From: an uncultured virus (IMG/VR IMGVR_UViG_3300034190_003093)
Taxonomy: Duplodnaviria; Heunggongvirae; Uroviricota; Caudoviricetes
Virus record (IMG/VR): IMGVR_UViG_3300034190_003093
Coordinates: 1-64,000 of that record
Direction: 5' to 3' (one strand)
Length of the DNA stretch: 64,000 nt
Shown one piece after another: positions 46,098 through 55,074 of this stretch (its first letter is position 1; every line of letters starts with the position of its first letter). Made by a program: the position numbers and the translations under genes. Below the pieces are notes generated by a model. It had not been told where the DNA came from, did not search any database, and worked only from the letters and a program-made list of their open reading frames with translations.

Positions 46098-46893
46098 ATT
46101 TATTGCAGCAATGGATCACAGTGGTGGTTCAACCGGAGGTGTACTAGATCGCTACAAGGCACCTTGGAACGAACACAACAAAATGGAAACAGTGCATGCT
46201 ATGCGTCTTAGAATGGTCAACAGTCCTGACTTCAACGACAAAAACATCTGGGCAGCAATCCTCTACCAAGACACAGTCACACGTGGCATGGTTAACATCT
46301 TGGATGAAAAAGGTATCGACACGTTCCTAAAGATTGACAGTGGCTGCGATGCTGACGGGACACTCAAACAGTTTCCAGTAAAGCAGATGTTAGAGTTTGC
46401 TACAAATGGTATTGGTCCTCGAATCTACGGCACTAAGATGCGTAGCATTGTACATGGTACAGGTATGATTCATCCTGTGCTTAAACAACAATTTACACTT
46501 GCTCGTACTATTTGGGACTATGGCCTTGTACCAATTATTGAACCTGAAGTGCCTATTGACCATCCCATCAAAGGCGAAGTTGAAGATGCTCTTATGTTTC
46601 ATCTACAAGATTTCTTAGACGAGTTTCCAGGCAAATGTATTCTCAAACTAACACCACCGGAAGTACCCAACTTGTATCATAACCTTACAGTATTTCCTAA
46701 TGTAGAACGTGTTGTGTTCCTAAGTGGCGGATACAGCACAGCAGAAGCATGTAATAAGCTTGGCCTCAATGACAATGTAACTGCTAGTTTTAGTAGAGCA
46801 TTGTCAGAAGGGTTGTACGCACATCAAACCACTGAAGAATTTAACACCCAGATAAGTAACAACATCAGGGTGATAAAGGAAGCATGCCAATGA
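46090..46893 (+). CDS. Class I fructose-bisphosphate aldolase
   Basis: FIAAMDHSGGST, FLKID.G, GTKMRS, PIIEPEV, LKLT Schiff-base Lys, LSGGYS, ASFSRAL. Confidence 0.9.
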   Translation: MSRFIAAMDHSGGSTGGVLDRYKAPWNEHNKMETVHAMRLRMVNSPDFNDKNIWAAILYQDTVTRGMVNILDEKGIDTFLKIDSGCDADGTLKQFPVKQMLEFATNGIGPRIYGTKMRSIVHGTGMIHPVLKQQFTLARTIWDYGLVPIIEPEVPIDHPIKGEVEDALMFHLQDFLDEFPGKCILKLTPPEVPNLYHNLTVFPNVERVVFLSGGYSTAEACNKLGLNDNVTASFSRALSEGLYAHQTTEEFNTQISNNIRVIKEACQ

Positions 46894-47300
46894 AACTTAT
46901 AGCAGTAACAGCACTAATTACATTATTTGCAAATGCATCGTTTGCAGAAACAGTTAGAGATCATTATAAAACTGTTATCGATCAAACTCCTTACAGCGTC
47001 GAGGTGTGCAAAGATGTAAGGCGCAACGGTGCCAGTGCAGCAGATACGCTGTTTGGTGCAATTATTGGCGGAACAATTGGCAATCAACTCGGCAATGGCA
47101 GCGGAAAAGATGCAATGACTGTTCTTGGTGCAATTGTTGGTGCCGAAGCTGTTACTAACAATTCCAACAAACAAGCCGGTGTACAACGTCAATGCCAAAC
47201 CGAAACACGTTACGAAGAACGCCGTCGTGAAGTGTACAGCCACAGTGTGGTAACATTTTATGCAGATGGCAAAAAATATTCACTTAAATTTCAAAAATAG
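46890..47300 (+). CDS. Glycine-zipper 2TM exported protein
   Basis: GAIIGG.IGNQ.G.GSG...T.LGA.VG. Confidence 0.8.
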   Translation: MKLIAVTALITLFANASFAETVRDHYKTVIDQTPYSVEVCKDVRRNGASAADTLFGAIIGGTIGNQLGNGSGKDAMTVLGAIVGAEAVTNNSNKQAGVQRQCQTETRYEERRREVYSHSVVTFYADGKKYSLKFQK

Positions 47301-47311
47301 TAAAATAGTGG

Positions 47312-47340
47312 TTGACATTTAAATTACTACATGCTATAAA
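47312..47340 (+). promoter_or_regulatory. Early sigma70-type promoter
   Basis: TTGACA-N17-TATAAA. Confidence 0.7.
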
Positions 47341-47373
47341 CATGTATAGGTAGTAACAAAGAAGGTACACAAC

Positions 47374-47676
47374 ATGATTTACTCAATGCTTGAAATTGAT
47401 ATCCGTGATGCAGTTTTCAAAGCCGAAAACATGAATACAGACGGTACTATTAATTGGAATTTTGTAGATGCTGAGGTGTATGCATCCAATTTCAATCTCT
47501 GGAAAGACGAAGAGCAGTTTTACGAAGCATTTGACGAAATTGCAGATCAAGTTGCAAAAGAAATGACTCCTAAGTCAACTGCAACACAACTCGAGATGGA
47601 CTTCGATTTGCTTGCTCGTTATCCAAATGCTGTAGAGCAAGTAGAAGTTTTGAAAACAGATTTCTTGGGAATGTAA
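47374..47676 (+). CDS. Hypothetical protein
   Basis: INWNFVDAE; follows promoter. Confidence 0.6.
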   Translation: MIYSMLEIDIRDAVFKAENMNTDGTINWNFVDAEVYASNFNLWKDEEQFYEAFDEIADQVAKEMTPKSTATQLEMDFDLLARYPNAVEQVEVLKTDFLGM

Positions 47677-47687
47677 GAGGTAAAATT

Positions 47688-47960
47688 ATGATGAATCTAA
47701 TAGATACAATGAACGATGTAATCTTTGTTGAAAAAGAAGTCGATCGCATCAATGCTGATACTGTACAAGGTGAACAATCTACTATGGTTCAATCAGATAT
47801 GCGAGATTGGGCGCTGGATAACGATATTTGGGACAGCAGCGATCACAAGTTTGTAGATTGGTTTGACATAGTTGAATCTTATGCGCAAGCTCGTGGCTGG
47901 TACCAAGAAGGCTTTAGTGGCATGGAAGTAATCGAAACAAGTGACTGCTATGAAAATTGA
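47688..47960 (+). CDS. Hypothetical protein
   Basis: GAGG RBS. Confidence 0.55.
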   Translation: MMNLIDTMNDVIFVEKEVDRINADTVQGEQSTMVQSDMRDWALDNDIWDSSDHKFVDWFDIVESYAQARGWYQEGFSGMEVIETSDCYEN

Positions 47961-48258
47961 AAATTTTACAATGGTACCACCTACAGTTGGGACTCACGGG
48001 CAAATCTTACTAGATTTTGGCAAATACCAGTTGAGCGTAATCAACAATGAATGTATGGCTAGTGGCGATCGCAATTTTTTTGAAATTGCAATACTAGAGA
48101 ACCCTGGAGGATTTGTAAGACTCCCGGGGATCACTGAGGATGATGTTAGGCCTTACATGACTTCAGTTGAAGTTAATTCAGTAATCAAAAAGCTGTACTA
48201 TATCACCAAACAAGCTCCTGTTCAAATTAATTTACACCAAAACACAGAATTCGGTTGA
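47950..48258 (+). CDS. Hypothetical protein
   Basis: Y.LSV...FEIAI. Confidence 0.55.
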   Translation: MKIENFTMVPPTVGTHGQILLDFGKYQLSVINNECMASGDRNFFEIAILENPGGFVRLPGITEDDVRPYMTSVEVNSVIKKLYYITKQAPVQINLHQNTEFG

Positions 48259-48283
48259 CAACAGTAATCTCTGATGTTATAGT
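48255..48283 (+). promoter_or_regulatory. Early sigma70-type promoter
   Basis: TTGACA-N17-TATAGT. Confidence 0.7.
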
Positions 48284-48315
48284 ATATGTAACAGTTAAGC
48301 AAACGGAGAGCTACA

Positions 48316-48648
48316 ATGTTTTACATTTACGAACGTTCATCAACTTACATCATGGGCAAGCTTAATAAAGAGACTGGTATGGTTCGTCCAGATTATAACC
48401 ATTCATACAAGACTATGGCAGCTGCAAAAGCTGCGCTCACACGTATGAGCAAACGTTATCGTGCAGACATGCTAGAGTCAGTAAATGATCCATTGTACCG
48501 TTATGGTATTGCAGAAGCAGGATACTTTCACAAGGACATTGAAAAGTCACGCACAGTAAAGAGTATGATGAACGGTGAGAAGTTCTCACAACCAGTAAAT
48601 ACTCCAGCTCATATGAGCCCTGCAAGCGAAACTTATTGGAGCATGTGA
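48316..48648 (+). CDS. Hypothetical protein
   Basis: GGAG RBS; C-terminal NTP...SP.SETYWSM. Confidence 0.65.
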   Translation: MFYIYERSSTYIMGKLNKETGMVRPDYNHSYKTMAAAKAALTRMSKRYRADMLESVNDPLYRYGIAEAGYFHKDIEKSRTVKSMMNGEKFSQPVNTPAHMSPASETYWSM

Positions 48649-48651
48649 GGT

Positions 48652-48930
48652 ATGGCATATTACACCTACACTAAAAATCCAATCGGGGCGTTTGTTGAAA
48701 AAAGCGCAGGCAACACATTTGAATATAGTGTGAATGATGAACCTTTGAACAGTCACTTAGGCGAGGACTTTCCGCACAAGGTCTGGGTCGGTGGAGCACA
48801 GATTAATGACAATGGTTGGAGATTTGCTAATGTTCGAAAAACTGTAGCAGCTATTGTAGTAGACGAGGACGAATATGGATTGCCTGTAATAGAGAAATGG
48901 TTTATCCGCAATCACAAGGAGTATGTATAA
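48652..48930 (+). CDS. Hypothetical protein
   Basis: GAGG RBS. Confidence 0.6.
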   Translation: MAYYTYTKNPIGAFVEKSAGNTFEYSVNDEPLNSHLGEDFPHKVWVGGAQINDNGWRFANVRKTVAAIVVDEDEYGLPVIEKWFIRNHKEYV

Positions 48931-49319
48931 TGGCAACACGTTCAGCAATTGGTTATAAAACAGCATCAGGCGAAGTTAACGCTATCTATTGCCACTGGGA
49001 CGGTGGGTTGGCACACAACGGTAAAATCTTGTTTTTCAACTATCAAAGCATTGAAAAGATCAAAGCACTAATTGCACTCGGTGACGTGAGTAGCTTAGGA
49101 AAAGAAATTGATAGTAGTGTATACTATGGTCGTGATACCGGCGAAACTGATATTGAACCTAAAACGTTTGACGATGTCGACGAATTTGTTACCAGGATGT
49201 CAGAACAAAACTGTGAATTATTCTACTTGTGGAACGGCAATGAATGGATTGTGAGTAATGGTACATTGCAGTTTGATCGTGTAGAAGACTTGATATTGCA
49301 CCCAATGTTTAACTTGTAA
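48930..49319 (+). CDS. Hypothetical protein
   Basis: MATRS.IG...IYCHWDG...YYGRD.GE. Confidence 0.65.
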   Translation: MATRSAIGYKTASGEVNAIYCHWDGGLAHNGKILFFNYQSIEKIKALIALGDVSSLGKEIDSSVYYGRDTGETDIEPKTFDDVDEFVTRMSEQNCELFYLWNGNEWIVSNGTLQFDRVEDLILHPMFNL

Positions 49320-49328
49320 GGAATTATT

Positions 49329-49484
49329 ATGAGCAATTTAGCCAATGAAACTAGTGCAGCCGCAGCCGAACGTATTCGTAAGAGCGAAGCAGCCCGTGCA
49401 AAACGTAAGGCAGTAAAAGAAACTGTTACTACCAAGCTCGAAAACGAATACGCCAAAGCACGTCGATCTCGTAAAAATAAATAG
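49329..49484 (+). CDS. Small basic protein (51 aa, not in ORF track)
   Basis: AAGGA RBS. Confidence 0.55.
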   Translation: MSNLANETSAAAAERIRKSEAARAKRKAVKETVTTKLENEYAKARRSRKNK

Positions 49485-49503
49485 TGTAATTTTGTAAAAT
49501 ACC

Positions 49504-49539
49504 GGTTGACAACTGATTTCTTATATGCTATAAAGTATG
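49504..49539 (+). repeat. 36-bp promoter repeat, copy 1
   Basis: ggttgacaactgatttcttatatgctataaagtatg identical to 49778..49813; TTGACA-N17-TATAAA. Confidence 0.9.
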
Positions 49540-49567
49540 CATAAGTTAAGCAAACGAGGGCTAGAAA

Positions 49568-49762
49568 ATGCAAGAATTGAATGTACACTTTGTAAACCGC
49601 GGATATAGTACAGATGACGGCATTAAATCTGTAAAGCTCGTTAAGCTTGATATCCATCCTGTTACTTCTAAGCCAATAGCAGCAATCCAAAGCCCGTTCT
49701 TTCCAGGAGATGTTCTTGTAGCACAGTTCGAAAATAACGAATGGGTTTGTGATTTAGATTAA
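49568..49762 (+). CDS. Hypothetical protein
   Basis: GAGG RBS, lies between the two promoter repeats. Confidence 0.6.
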   Translation: MQELNVHFVNRGYSTDDGIKSVKLVKLDIHPVTSKPIAAIQSPFFPGDVLVAQFENNEWVCDLD

Positions 49763-49777
49763 AAAATCTAAATTAGG

Positions 49778-49813
49778 GGTTGACAACTGATTTCTTATAT
49801 GCTATAAAGTATG
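49778..49813 (+). repeat. 36-bp promoter repeat, copy 2
   Basis: Identical to 49504..49539. Confidence 0.9.
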
Positions 49814-49840
49814 TATAGCAAGCAACAAAGGTAGTAAACA

Positions 49841-50239
49841 ATGTTAGATCAAACTGTAAAATTCGAAAATGTTGACACTGACACACTAGTATGTGAGCAC
49901 TTTGCTGATTTGCAAACTGAGCTGGGTGTTGATTCAGTTTGGAGCATGTGGGATTTTGGCACAAAGGGTTTGGATTTTGAAGTGTTTGTTAAAAAGATGC
50001 GTAAAGTAACTTACGAATTTGTACGCCCTGACGCAACAAGTGAAGAGTTGATGGCCGACATGCGTGACGGTACTAACAACACAATGATGCAAGTTAGCTC
50101 GTGGGCAATCGACGGCACAGTTAAGTCGCTTTGGTTGGCTGCTGACAGCTGCATTAAGCAAAGCGGCACACATCACCGTTACATCGAAGACTTTGTATTC
50201 GGCGAAGACGGTACACTCGAACTATCCACTGGGAGCTAA
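49841..50239 (+). CDS. Hypothetical protein
   Basis: LW.AAD..I..SG.HH.YIEDF...L.TGS. Confidence 0.65.
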   Translation: MLDQTVKFENVDTDTLVCEHFADLQTELGVDSVWSMWDFGTKGLDFEVFVKKMRKVTYEFVRPDATSEELMADMRDGTNNTMMQVSSWAIDGTVKSLWLAADSCIKQSGTHHRYIEDFVFGEDGTLELSTGS

Positions 50240-50246
50240 GAGTTAT

Positions 50247-50273
50247 GAAAGGGTGTAATTACTACACCCTTTC
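50247..50273. terminator. Hairpin between convergent genes
   Basis: gaaagggtgta/tacaccctttc 11-bp inverted repeat. Confidence 0.75.
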
Positions 50274-50286
50274 CCTTTCGTTAAGT

Positions 50287-51000
50287 TTAGTACAAAGATA
50301 GTACAGTGTCAATAATTGGATGGCGCTGTATATCTGTTTTAGTCATATAACACACAGCTAGCCCTGGGCTAGGTTTTGCGTTTAACTTTGAACACAAGTC
50401 AATTAATCCGTTGTCTGATGTTTTGCGATCTGCTTGTTCAACATCACCGGTGATTACAATTTTACTGTTTTCTCCTATGCGTGTCATCAACATTTTTGTT
50501 TGACTAGGCGTTGCGTTTTGCATTTCATCTGCAACAATGTATGCATTTTTAAACGTTCGTCCTCTCATAAATGCTAGTGGCGAAATTTCAATAGTTTGGG
50601 ACTCGAGCATGCGTTCAATGTCTTTGGTCGTGTAGTATTCACGTAACACATCAAATAATGGGCGTGTCCACGGTTCCATTTTACTGTTTAGATCTCCTGG
50701 AAGGAACCCGTGTTTTTCATCATCAACACCTACTGCCGGGCGTGTTAGTATAATACGCTCACACTCTTTTGCTTTAAAAGCTTTGATTGCTGCTAACATA
50801 GCCAGATAAGTTTTACCTGTGCCAGCTGGGCCAGTTGCAACCACAATTGACTGTGATTCGTCTAGTAGATTTAAGATGAGTTTTTCTTGATTGAGTGACT
50901 TAGGTCTGAGCTCAATGTTGCGATTTTTAATCGCTTGATTAAAGTTTATAGTGTTGTCTTCCCGCGGCTGATATTTTGCTTTGCGTTTGGCTCTCGACAT
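50287..51000 (-). CDS. phoH: PhoH-family ATPase
   Basis: GPAGTGKT, GFLPGDL, MRGRTF, DEMQN, TGD..Q.D. Confidence 0.95.
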   Translation of the reverse strand: MSRAKRKAKYQPREDNTINFNQAIKNRNIELRPKSLNQEKLILNLLDESQSIVVATGPAGTGKTYLAMLAAIKAFKAKECERIILTRPAVGVDDEKHGFLPGDLNSKMEPWTRPLFDVLREYYTTKDIERMLESQTIEISPLAFMRGRTFKNAYIVADEMQNATPSQTKMLMTRIGENSKIVITGDVEQADRKTSDNGLIDLCSKLNAKPSPGLAVCYMTKTDIQRHPIIDTVLSLY

Positions 51001-51161
51001 TGTATCTCCTTTGTCTCAATGTTTGCTACCCTTACTAATACTTAAACCCGTGTGCCACTACAATATAACAGGACTGATAACAAATGCTGCGACACTAAAT
51101 AAAAGACGGACAAAAGCAATCCACAAATTTCCACATACTGCCAATTGTGCTAAATACAGTT

Positions 51162-51728
51162 ATGAAAACACTAGATTCAGATATTTTTAAAAACGACCAG
51201 GACTACTGGATGATTGCTGATAATATTAAAAGCATTTACATGAGTGACGGCAGTATGAACATACTGCTAGACTTTGAAAGAGTTCTCAATGAACTTGATA
51301 TTTTTGCTTTTCGTAATTGGGAGTTAGGTGAACTAGTTGCTGGACCAAACCAGGGTCCTTATAAAACTTCATGTACATTTTTGTGGCCATTAGCACTAAT
51401 GCCTGATCCACGTGGCGCAATGCGTTTGCTGCCGTTTGATTGCGAAGTATACTGGAAGAAAACTACAATGAAAGTTCCAGCGAAGATGAAAAGTGCCAGT
51501 GATTTTAAACCTGGTACAAAAGTTGCCAAACTCGTTGAGAAGCCTGTGTGGCTAGTAGAAGTTATCATGCCCAGAAGCCTAATGTCTGATATTAAAACTG
51601 GATCTGTTGAAATTGAAGATGAAACTGTAGACTTGCAGGATCTCGACGATGCGTACTCTCAAGATCTTGATCAGCAGCAAGTCATGGATCAAGATTCACA
51701 AGAAGAGATGGAGCAAGATAATGTCTAA
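51162..51728 (+). CDS. Conserved-looking late hypothetical protein
   Basis: TAAATA-N5-ATG; LDFERVL, MPDPRG. Confidence 0.65.
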   Translation: MKTLDSDIFKNDQDYWMIADNIKSIYMSDGSMNILLDFERVLNELDIFAFRNWELGELVAGPNQGPYKTSCTFLWPLALMPDPRGAMRLLPFDCEVYWKKTTMKVPAKMKSASDFKPGTKVAKLVEKPVWLVEVIMPRSLMSDIKTGSVEIEDETVDLQDLDDAYSQDLDQQQVMDQDSQEEMEQDNV

Positions 51729-52266
51729 ATTTAATCTCAATGAGGGGTTAGGATACAAAGATTTATGTGGCTTGATGAAAAACACAGTTTACATCGACGA
51801 ATTTTCATCTAAGATGGGCGACGATGACGAGATTGTTGTTGCTAGTTTTTATGTAAGAGATCGTCAAGCGGCTATGGACTTGGTCAACTGGTTTGAAAAA
51901 GGATATGATTTTGTGCTAGATGCCGATATGAGTCCAGGCGAAGTTAAACCAAACCGTTATTTAGTGTATATCGAAATGAAACGCAGAAGTTACACAGGCG
52001 ACAACTTAGAAACGTTGTTGTCTGATTTTAACACACTAACTGAATACGAAGGTGACAATTGGACTTTAGGATACAAAGGCGAAGAATATCCTTTTACAAT
52101 TGAAACCTACAACAACTTAGTGCCCCAGAGTCCGCAAGTATATAGAGAACGTGAGCAATTTGAGCTCAATGAAATGAGAATTGCATCAGGGCTTCCTCCT
52201 AAGACTATATACAACAAACGCAAAGCAAACGATATTAGAAACCTCTTAAACAACGCTGGAATTTAA
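51721..52266 (+). CDS. Late hypothetical protein
   Basis: IDEF.SKMG, EKGY.FVLDAD.S. Confidence 0.65.
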   Translation: MSKFNLNEGLGYKDLCGLMKNTVYIDEFSSKMGDDDEIVVASFYVRDRQAAMDLVNWFEKGYDFVLDADMSPGEVKPNRYLVYIEMKRRSYTGDNLETLLSDFNTLTEYEGDNWTLGYKGEEYPFTIETYNNLVPQSPQVYREREQFELNEMRIASGLPPKTIYNKRKANDIRNLLNNAGI

Positions 52267-52971
52267 ATGCTTTATAAAGGTATTTTTGCTGTCGGTGATA
52301 GCTTCACTCGTGGCGACGAATTAGCAGATTGCCCGGAACAACAAGTAAGTCCATACCAAAGTAGTTTTAGTCAAAGCACTTGGCCGGCATTAATTGCAAA
52401 GTCATTAAATATTGATTATAATGCCGAAGCCATTGGTGGCAAAGGAAACCAATGGATAAGTTTTACAACTAATGGAAACATCAAACAAGATAATATTTTT
52501 ATCATAAACTGGACTTGGTTTGAAAGATTTGACTATGTTGGCACCGAAACTGATATTTGGGAAACAACTCACCCACGGCACGAAAATAAACTAGATCATT
52601 ATTTTTATAAAAATATTGACAACGATATTTGGAATTTATTTAGAAATTTACAACAAATGCACAGTACCATCCAACTACTAAAGCAACATAATATTAAATT
52701 TATCATGACATGCTTAGATCCAGAATATACTACTAAAGTTCTTGATATACGCCCTCATCCATACCCTCGGCCACCGGGCTTAGAGGCTTGGGACCCAGCA
52801 GTTGACCGGTTGCACGGCCAAGTAGTTCCACATATATTAGATTTTGAAGGTCAGACGTTTCTCGAATGGAGCCATTCTAACAATTTCAAATGCGGCCCAA
52901 ATGGGCACCCATTAGAAGATGCACATGCAGCCGCAGCAGATTATATAATAAAAAACAAATTACATCTTTAA
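52267..52971 (+). CDS. SGNH/GDSL-like hydrolase
   Basis: GDSFT.G, INWTW..RFD, GHPLEDAH. Confidence 0.65.
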   Translation: MLYKGIFAVGDSFTRGDELADCPEQQVSPYQSSFSQSTWPALIAKSLNIDYNAEAIGGKGNQWISFTTNGNIKQDNIFIINWTWFERFDYVGTETDIWETTHPRHENKLDHYFYKNIDNDIWNLFRNLQQMHSTIQLLKQHNIKFIMTCLDPEYTTKVLDIRPHPYPRPPGLEAWDPAVDRLHGQVVPHILDFEGQTFLEWSHSNNFKCGPNGHPLEDAHAAAADYIIKNKLHL

Positions 52972-52984
52972 TAATCCAACACAC

Positions 52985-53352
52985 AAGGTTAGCGGGCCAG
53001 TTAGTAATTCCGCTGTGGAAAAGGCTACCGTATAGGAGCACACGTAACACGTTGATCAACACACCAGAGTGTGGAAGCCATCAAACAAATTGGGCTCACT
53101 GGTTGACGTAGATAGCATGTTGGCTGTCGAAAAACTGCACATTACACACAAAAACTCTTTGCACAGGAACGAAGCAAGAGGTAGCTGGAAACAGCGATGT
53201 CGATGTAGGTTGGGAAAGGTCAGAGCCCAGTGTGTAGCAGTATAATAAACACCTACTTCCAAGTTCTCGGCTGGATAAGACTCACATGAAGTTTATCTTT
53301 GAGATGATGGGGCCGTAACAGGTTCCGTCTGACTGAAATGATCTACATGAAA
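52985..53352 (+). ncRNA. Candidate large structured non-coding RNA (family unassigned)
   Basis: Gap without a credible ORF; many helices, GAAA tetraloop, G-U pairs favouring the plus strand, crossing long-range pairings. Confidence 0.55.
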
Positions 53353-53469
53353 TAAAACAATATTATTATCTTCTATTATTTTAAAACAAGAAGTTTGAGC
53401 GACAGCGATAACTTGTTTCGGTGCAAACGAAACATATAAATACCTATATAATAGAGGTACATAAAAAAA

Positions 53470-54339
53470 ATGAGTTTTGAACTACAGAAAGATCATCTAG
53501 CTAAATTAATACCTGGTAATAAAGATGTAGATGCATGGCATGAAGCTCTGGTTGCAGTAATGCCTAAGTATGGTATCAACACTGCCAGAAGAGCAGCACA
53601 TTTTATTAGCCAATGTGCGCACGAATCAAACAACTTCCGTAGTTTATCGGAGAATTTAAACTACAGTGAAAAAGCACTCAATGCAGTGTTTGGTCGTTAC
53701 TTTGGTGCAGCACCTAAGCGTAATGCAGCAGAATATGCTCGTAACCCAGAGAAGATTGCAAACTATGTGTATATGGACGAGTTCCGTAAGTACAAGATGG
53801 GCAACGTAAATGAAGGTGACGGTTGGTTGTTCCGCGGGCGTGGACTAAAGCAATTAACAGGACGTGAAAACTACACACGTTTTGGTAATTCTATTAATAT
53901 TAGTGCAGAAGAAGCAGCAATATATGTTGCAACTCCAAAAGGTGCCGTTGAAAGTGCTTGCTGGTTCTGGGATGCAAACAAACTAAACACTATTGCTGAC
54001 ACAGATGATGTTGTAAAGATGACCAAGAAAATCAACGGTGGTAACATTGGGCTTGCAGACAGACAACAGCGTTATGCAAAAGCAATGCAAGTATTTGGTA
54101 GCCCAGTATCGCTATCAGAAGATGCTGGCGATGATGATTTTGACGTAGATGACATCGGTGTATTACGCAAAGGTTGCAAAGGCCAAGGTGTTAAAATGAT
54201 GCAAGAAGCATTGGGCATTGGAGCTGATGGTGCATTTGGACCAGGTACAGAACGTGCACTTAAAGCATGGCAAACAGCAAACAGTCTAGTAGCAGATGGT
54301 ATTGCAGGACCTGCAACACTAGAGAAACTACTAGGATAG
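53470..54339 (+). CDS. GH19-family endolysin with C-terminal peptidoglycan-binding domain
   Basis: F..QCAHES, ENLNYS, RGRGLKQLTGR.NY, INGG; ADG.FGPGT and ADGIAGP. Confidence 0.9.
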   Translation: MSFELQKDHLAKLIPGNKDVDAWHEALVAVMPKYGINTARRAAHFISQCAHESNNFRSLSENLNYSEKALNAVFGRYFGAAPKRNAAEYARNPEKIANYVYMDEFRKYKMGNVNEGDGWLFRGRGLKQLTGRENYTRFGNSINISAEEAAIYVATPKGAVESACWFWDANKLNTIADTDDVVKMTKKINGGNIGLADRQQRYAKAMQVFGSPVSLSEDAGDDDFDVDDIGVLRKGCKGQGVKMMQEALGIGADGAFGPGTERALKAWQTANSLVADGIAGPATLEKLLG

Positions 54340-54341
54340 GC

Positions 54342-54761
54342 ATGTTTAGTGCTGTTCGCATAGGTTTGGTAATAAGTTTGATTGCAGGAATTGGTGTAGG
54401 CTATCTCTACATACAAAAACTACAAAACGATTTACAAACAGCACAAGAAAATGTTGCAAAAATGGAAGTAGCAATACAAATTAGCGAAGATAGTATTGCT
54501 ACTTTACAAGCCGAAGCTGTGCGCAACGCAGAGCTTAATGCAACACTACAAAAGAATTTACAATCAGCAGAACAGTACGGAGATGAACTTCGTGCAACTC
54601 TTAGAAAACACGACTTAACAGCATTGGCAGCAAGGAAACCTGGGCCAATTGAATTGAGGATGCAAAATGCAACTGATGAATTATGGAATGATTTCCGCAT
54701 TATTACTGACCCTGATGGGTTGCAGTTTGAGACCAGAACCGGAGATAGTAACAGTAACTAA
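54342..54761 (+). CDS. Probable inner-membrane spanin (Rz-like)
   Basis: N-terminal TM plus coiled coil, directly after endolysin. Confidence 0.7.
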   Translation: MFSAVRIGLVISLIAGIGVGYLYIQKLQNDLQTAQENVAKMEVAIQISEDSIATLQAEAVRNAELNATLQKNLQSAEQYGDELRATLRKHDLTALAARKPGPIELRMQNATDELWNDFRIITDPDGLQFETRTGDSNSN

Positions 54762-55035
54762 TACTGTGCGAACCACAGCGCCGATTGTAGCTCGCCCAAA
54801 ATCTACACAAATCAGTGATGTGAAAATCTATGTTGTTACAGCAGAAAACTATGACGAGTTTGTTGAAAAGTTTAAAGAAAAGAATGGTGACCTTGTGTAT
54901 GTGGCACTAAGTGTCAAGGATTACGAAAACATTGGTCTAAATTTTGCAGAACTAAAACGCTACATTGAACAGCAAAAACAAATTATTATTTACTACGAAG
55001 AATTTTATGCCGATCCAGAGTTAACTGTGGACTAA
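54676..55035 (+). CDS. Probable outer-membrane spanin lipoprotein (Rz1-like)
   Basis: LMGC lipobox; overlaps 3' end of i-spanin gene; start uncertain. Confidence 0.7.
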   Translation: MNYGMISALLLTLMGCSLRPEPEIVTVTNTVRTTAPIVARPKSTQISDVKIYVVTAENYDEFVEKFKEKNGDLVYVALSVKDYENIGLNFAELKRYIEQQKQIIIYYEEFYADPELTVD

Positions 55036-55039
55036 TCAC

Positions 55040-55068
55040 TTGACATTGTCCAAACTTTAACGTAAAAT
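55040..55068 (+). promoter_or_regulatory. sigma70 promoter, likely leaderless transcript
   Basis: TTGACA-N17-TAAAAT-N6-ATG with no RBS. Confidence 0.6.
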
Positions 55069-55074
55069 AACATA

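Noticed and set aside
49504..49813. 36-bp direct repeats as a CRISPR array
   Set aside because: Only two copies, 238 nt between them containing a gene, and the repeat is a promoter
52890..53262. ORFs 52890..53111 (+) and 53056..53262 (-)
   Set aside because: No RBS or coupling and atypical composition; the base-pairing pattern is better explained by an RNA
52985..53352. Group I/II intron, RNase P RNA or tmRNA identity for the RNA candidate
   Set aside because: Flanking genes are complete, and I could not find the hallmark conserved motifs by eye; a covariance-model search is still needed
53470..55035. Holin within the lysis cassette
   Set aside because: Only endolysin and two spanin-like genes are present; small membrane proteins elsewhere cannot be assigned as holins from sequence alone
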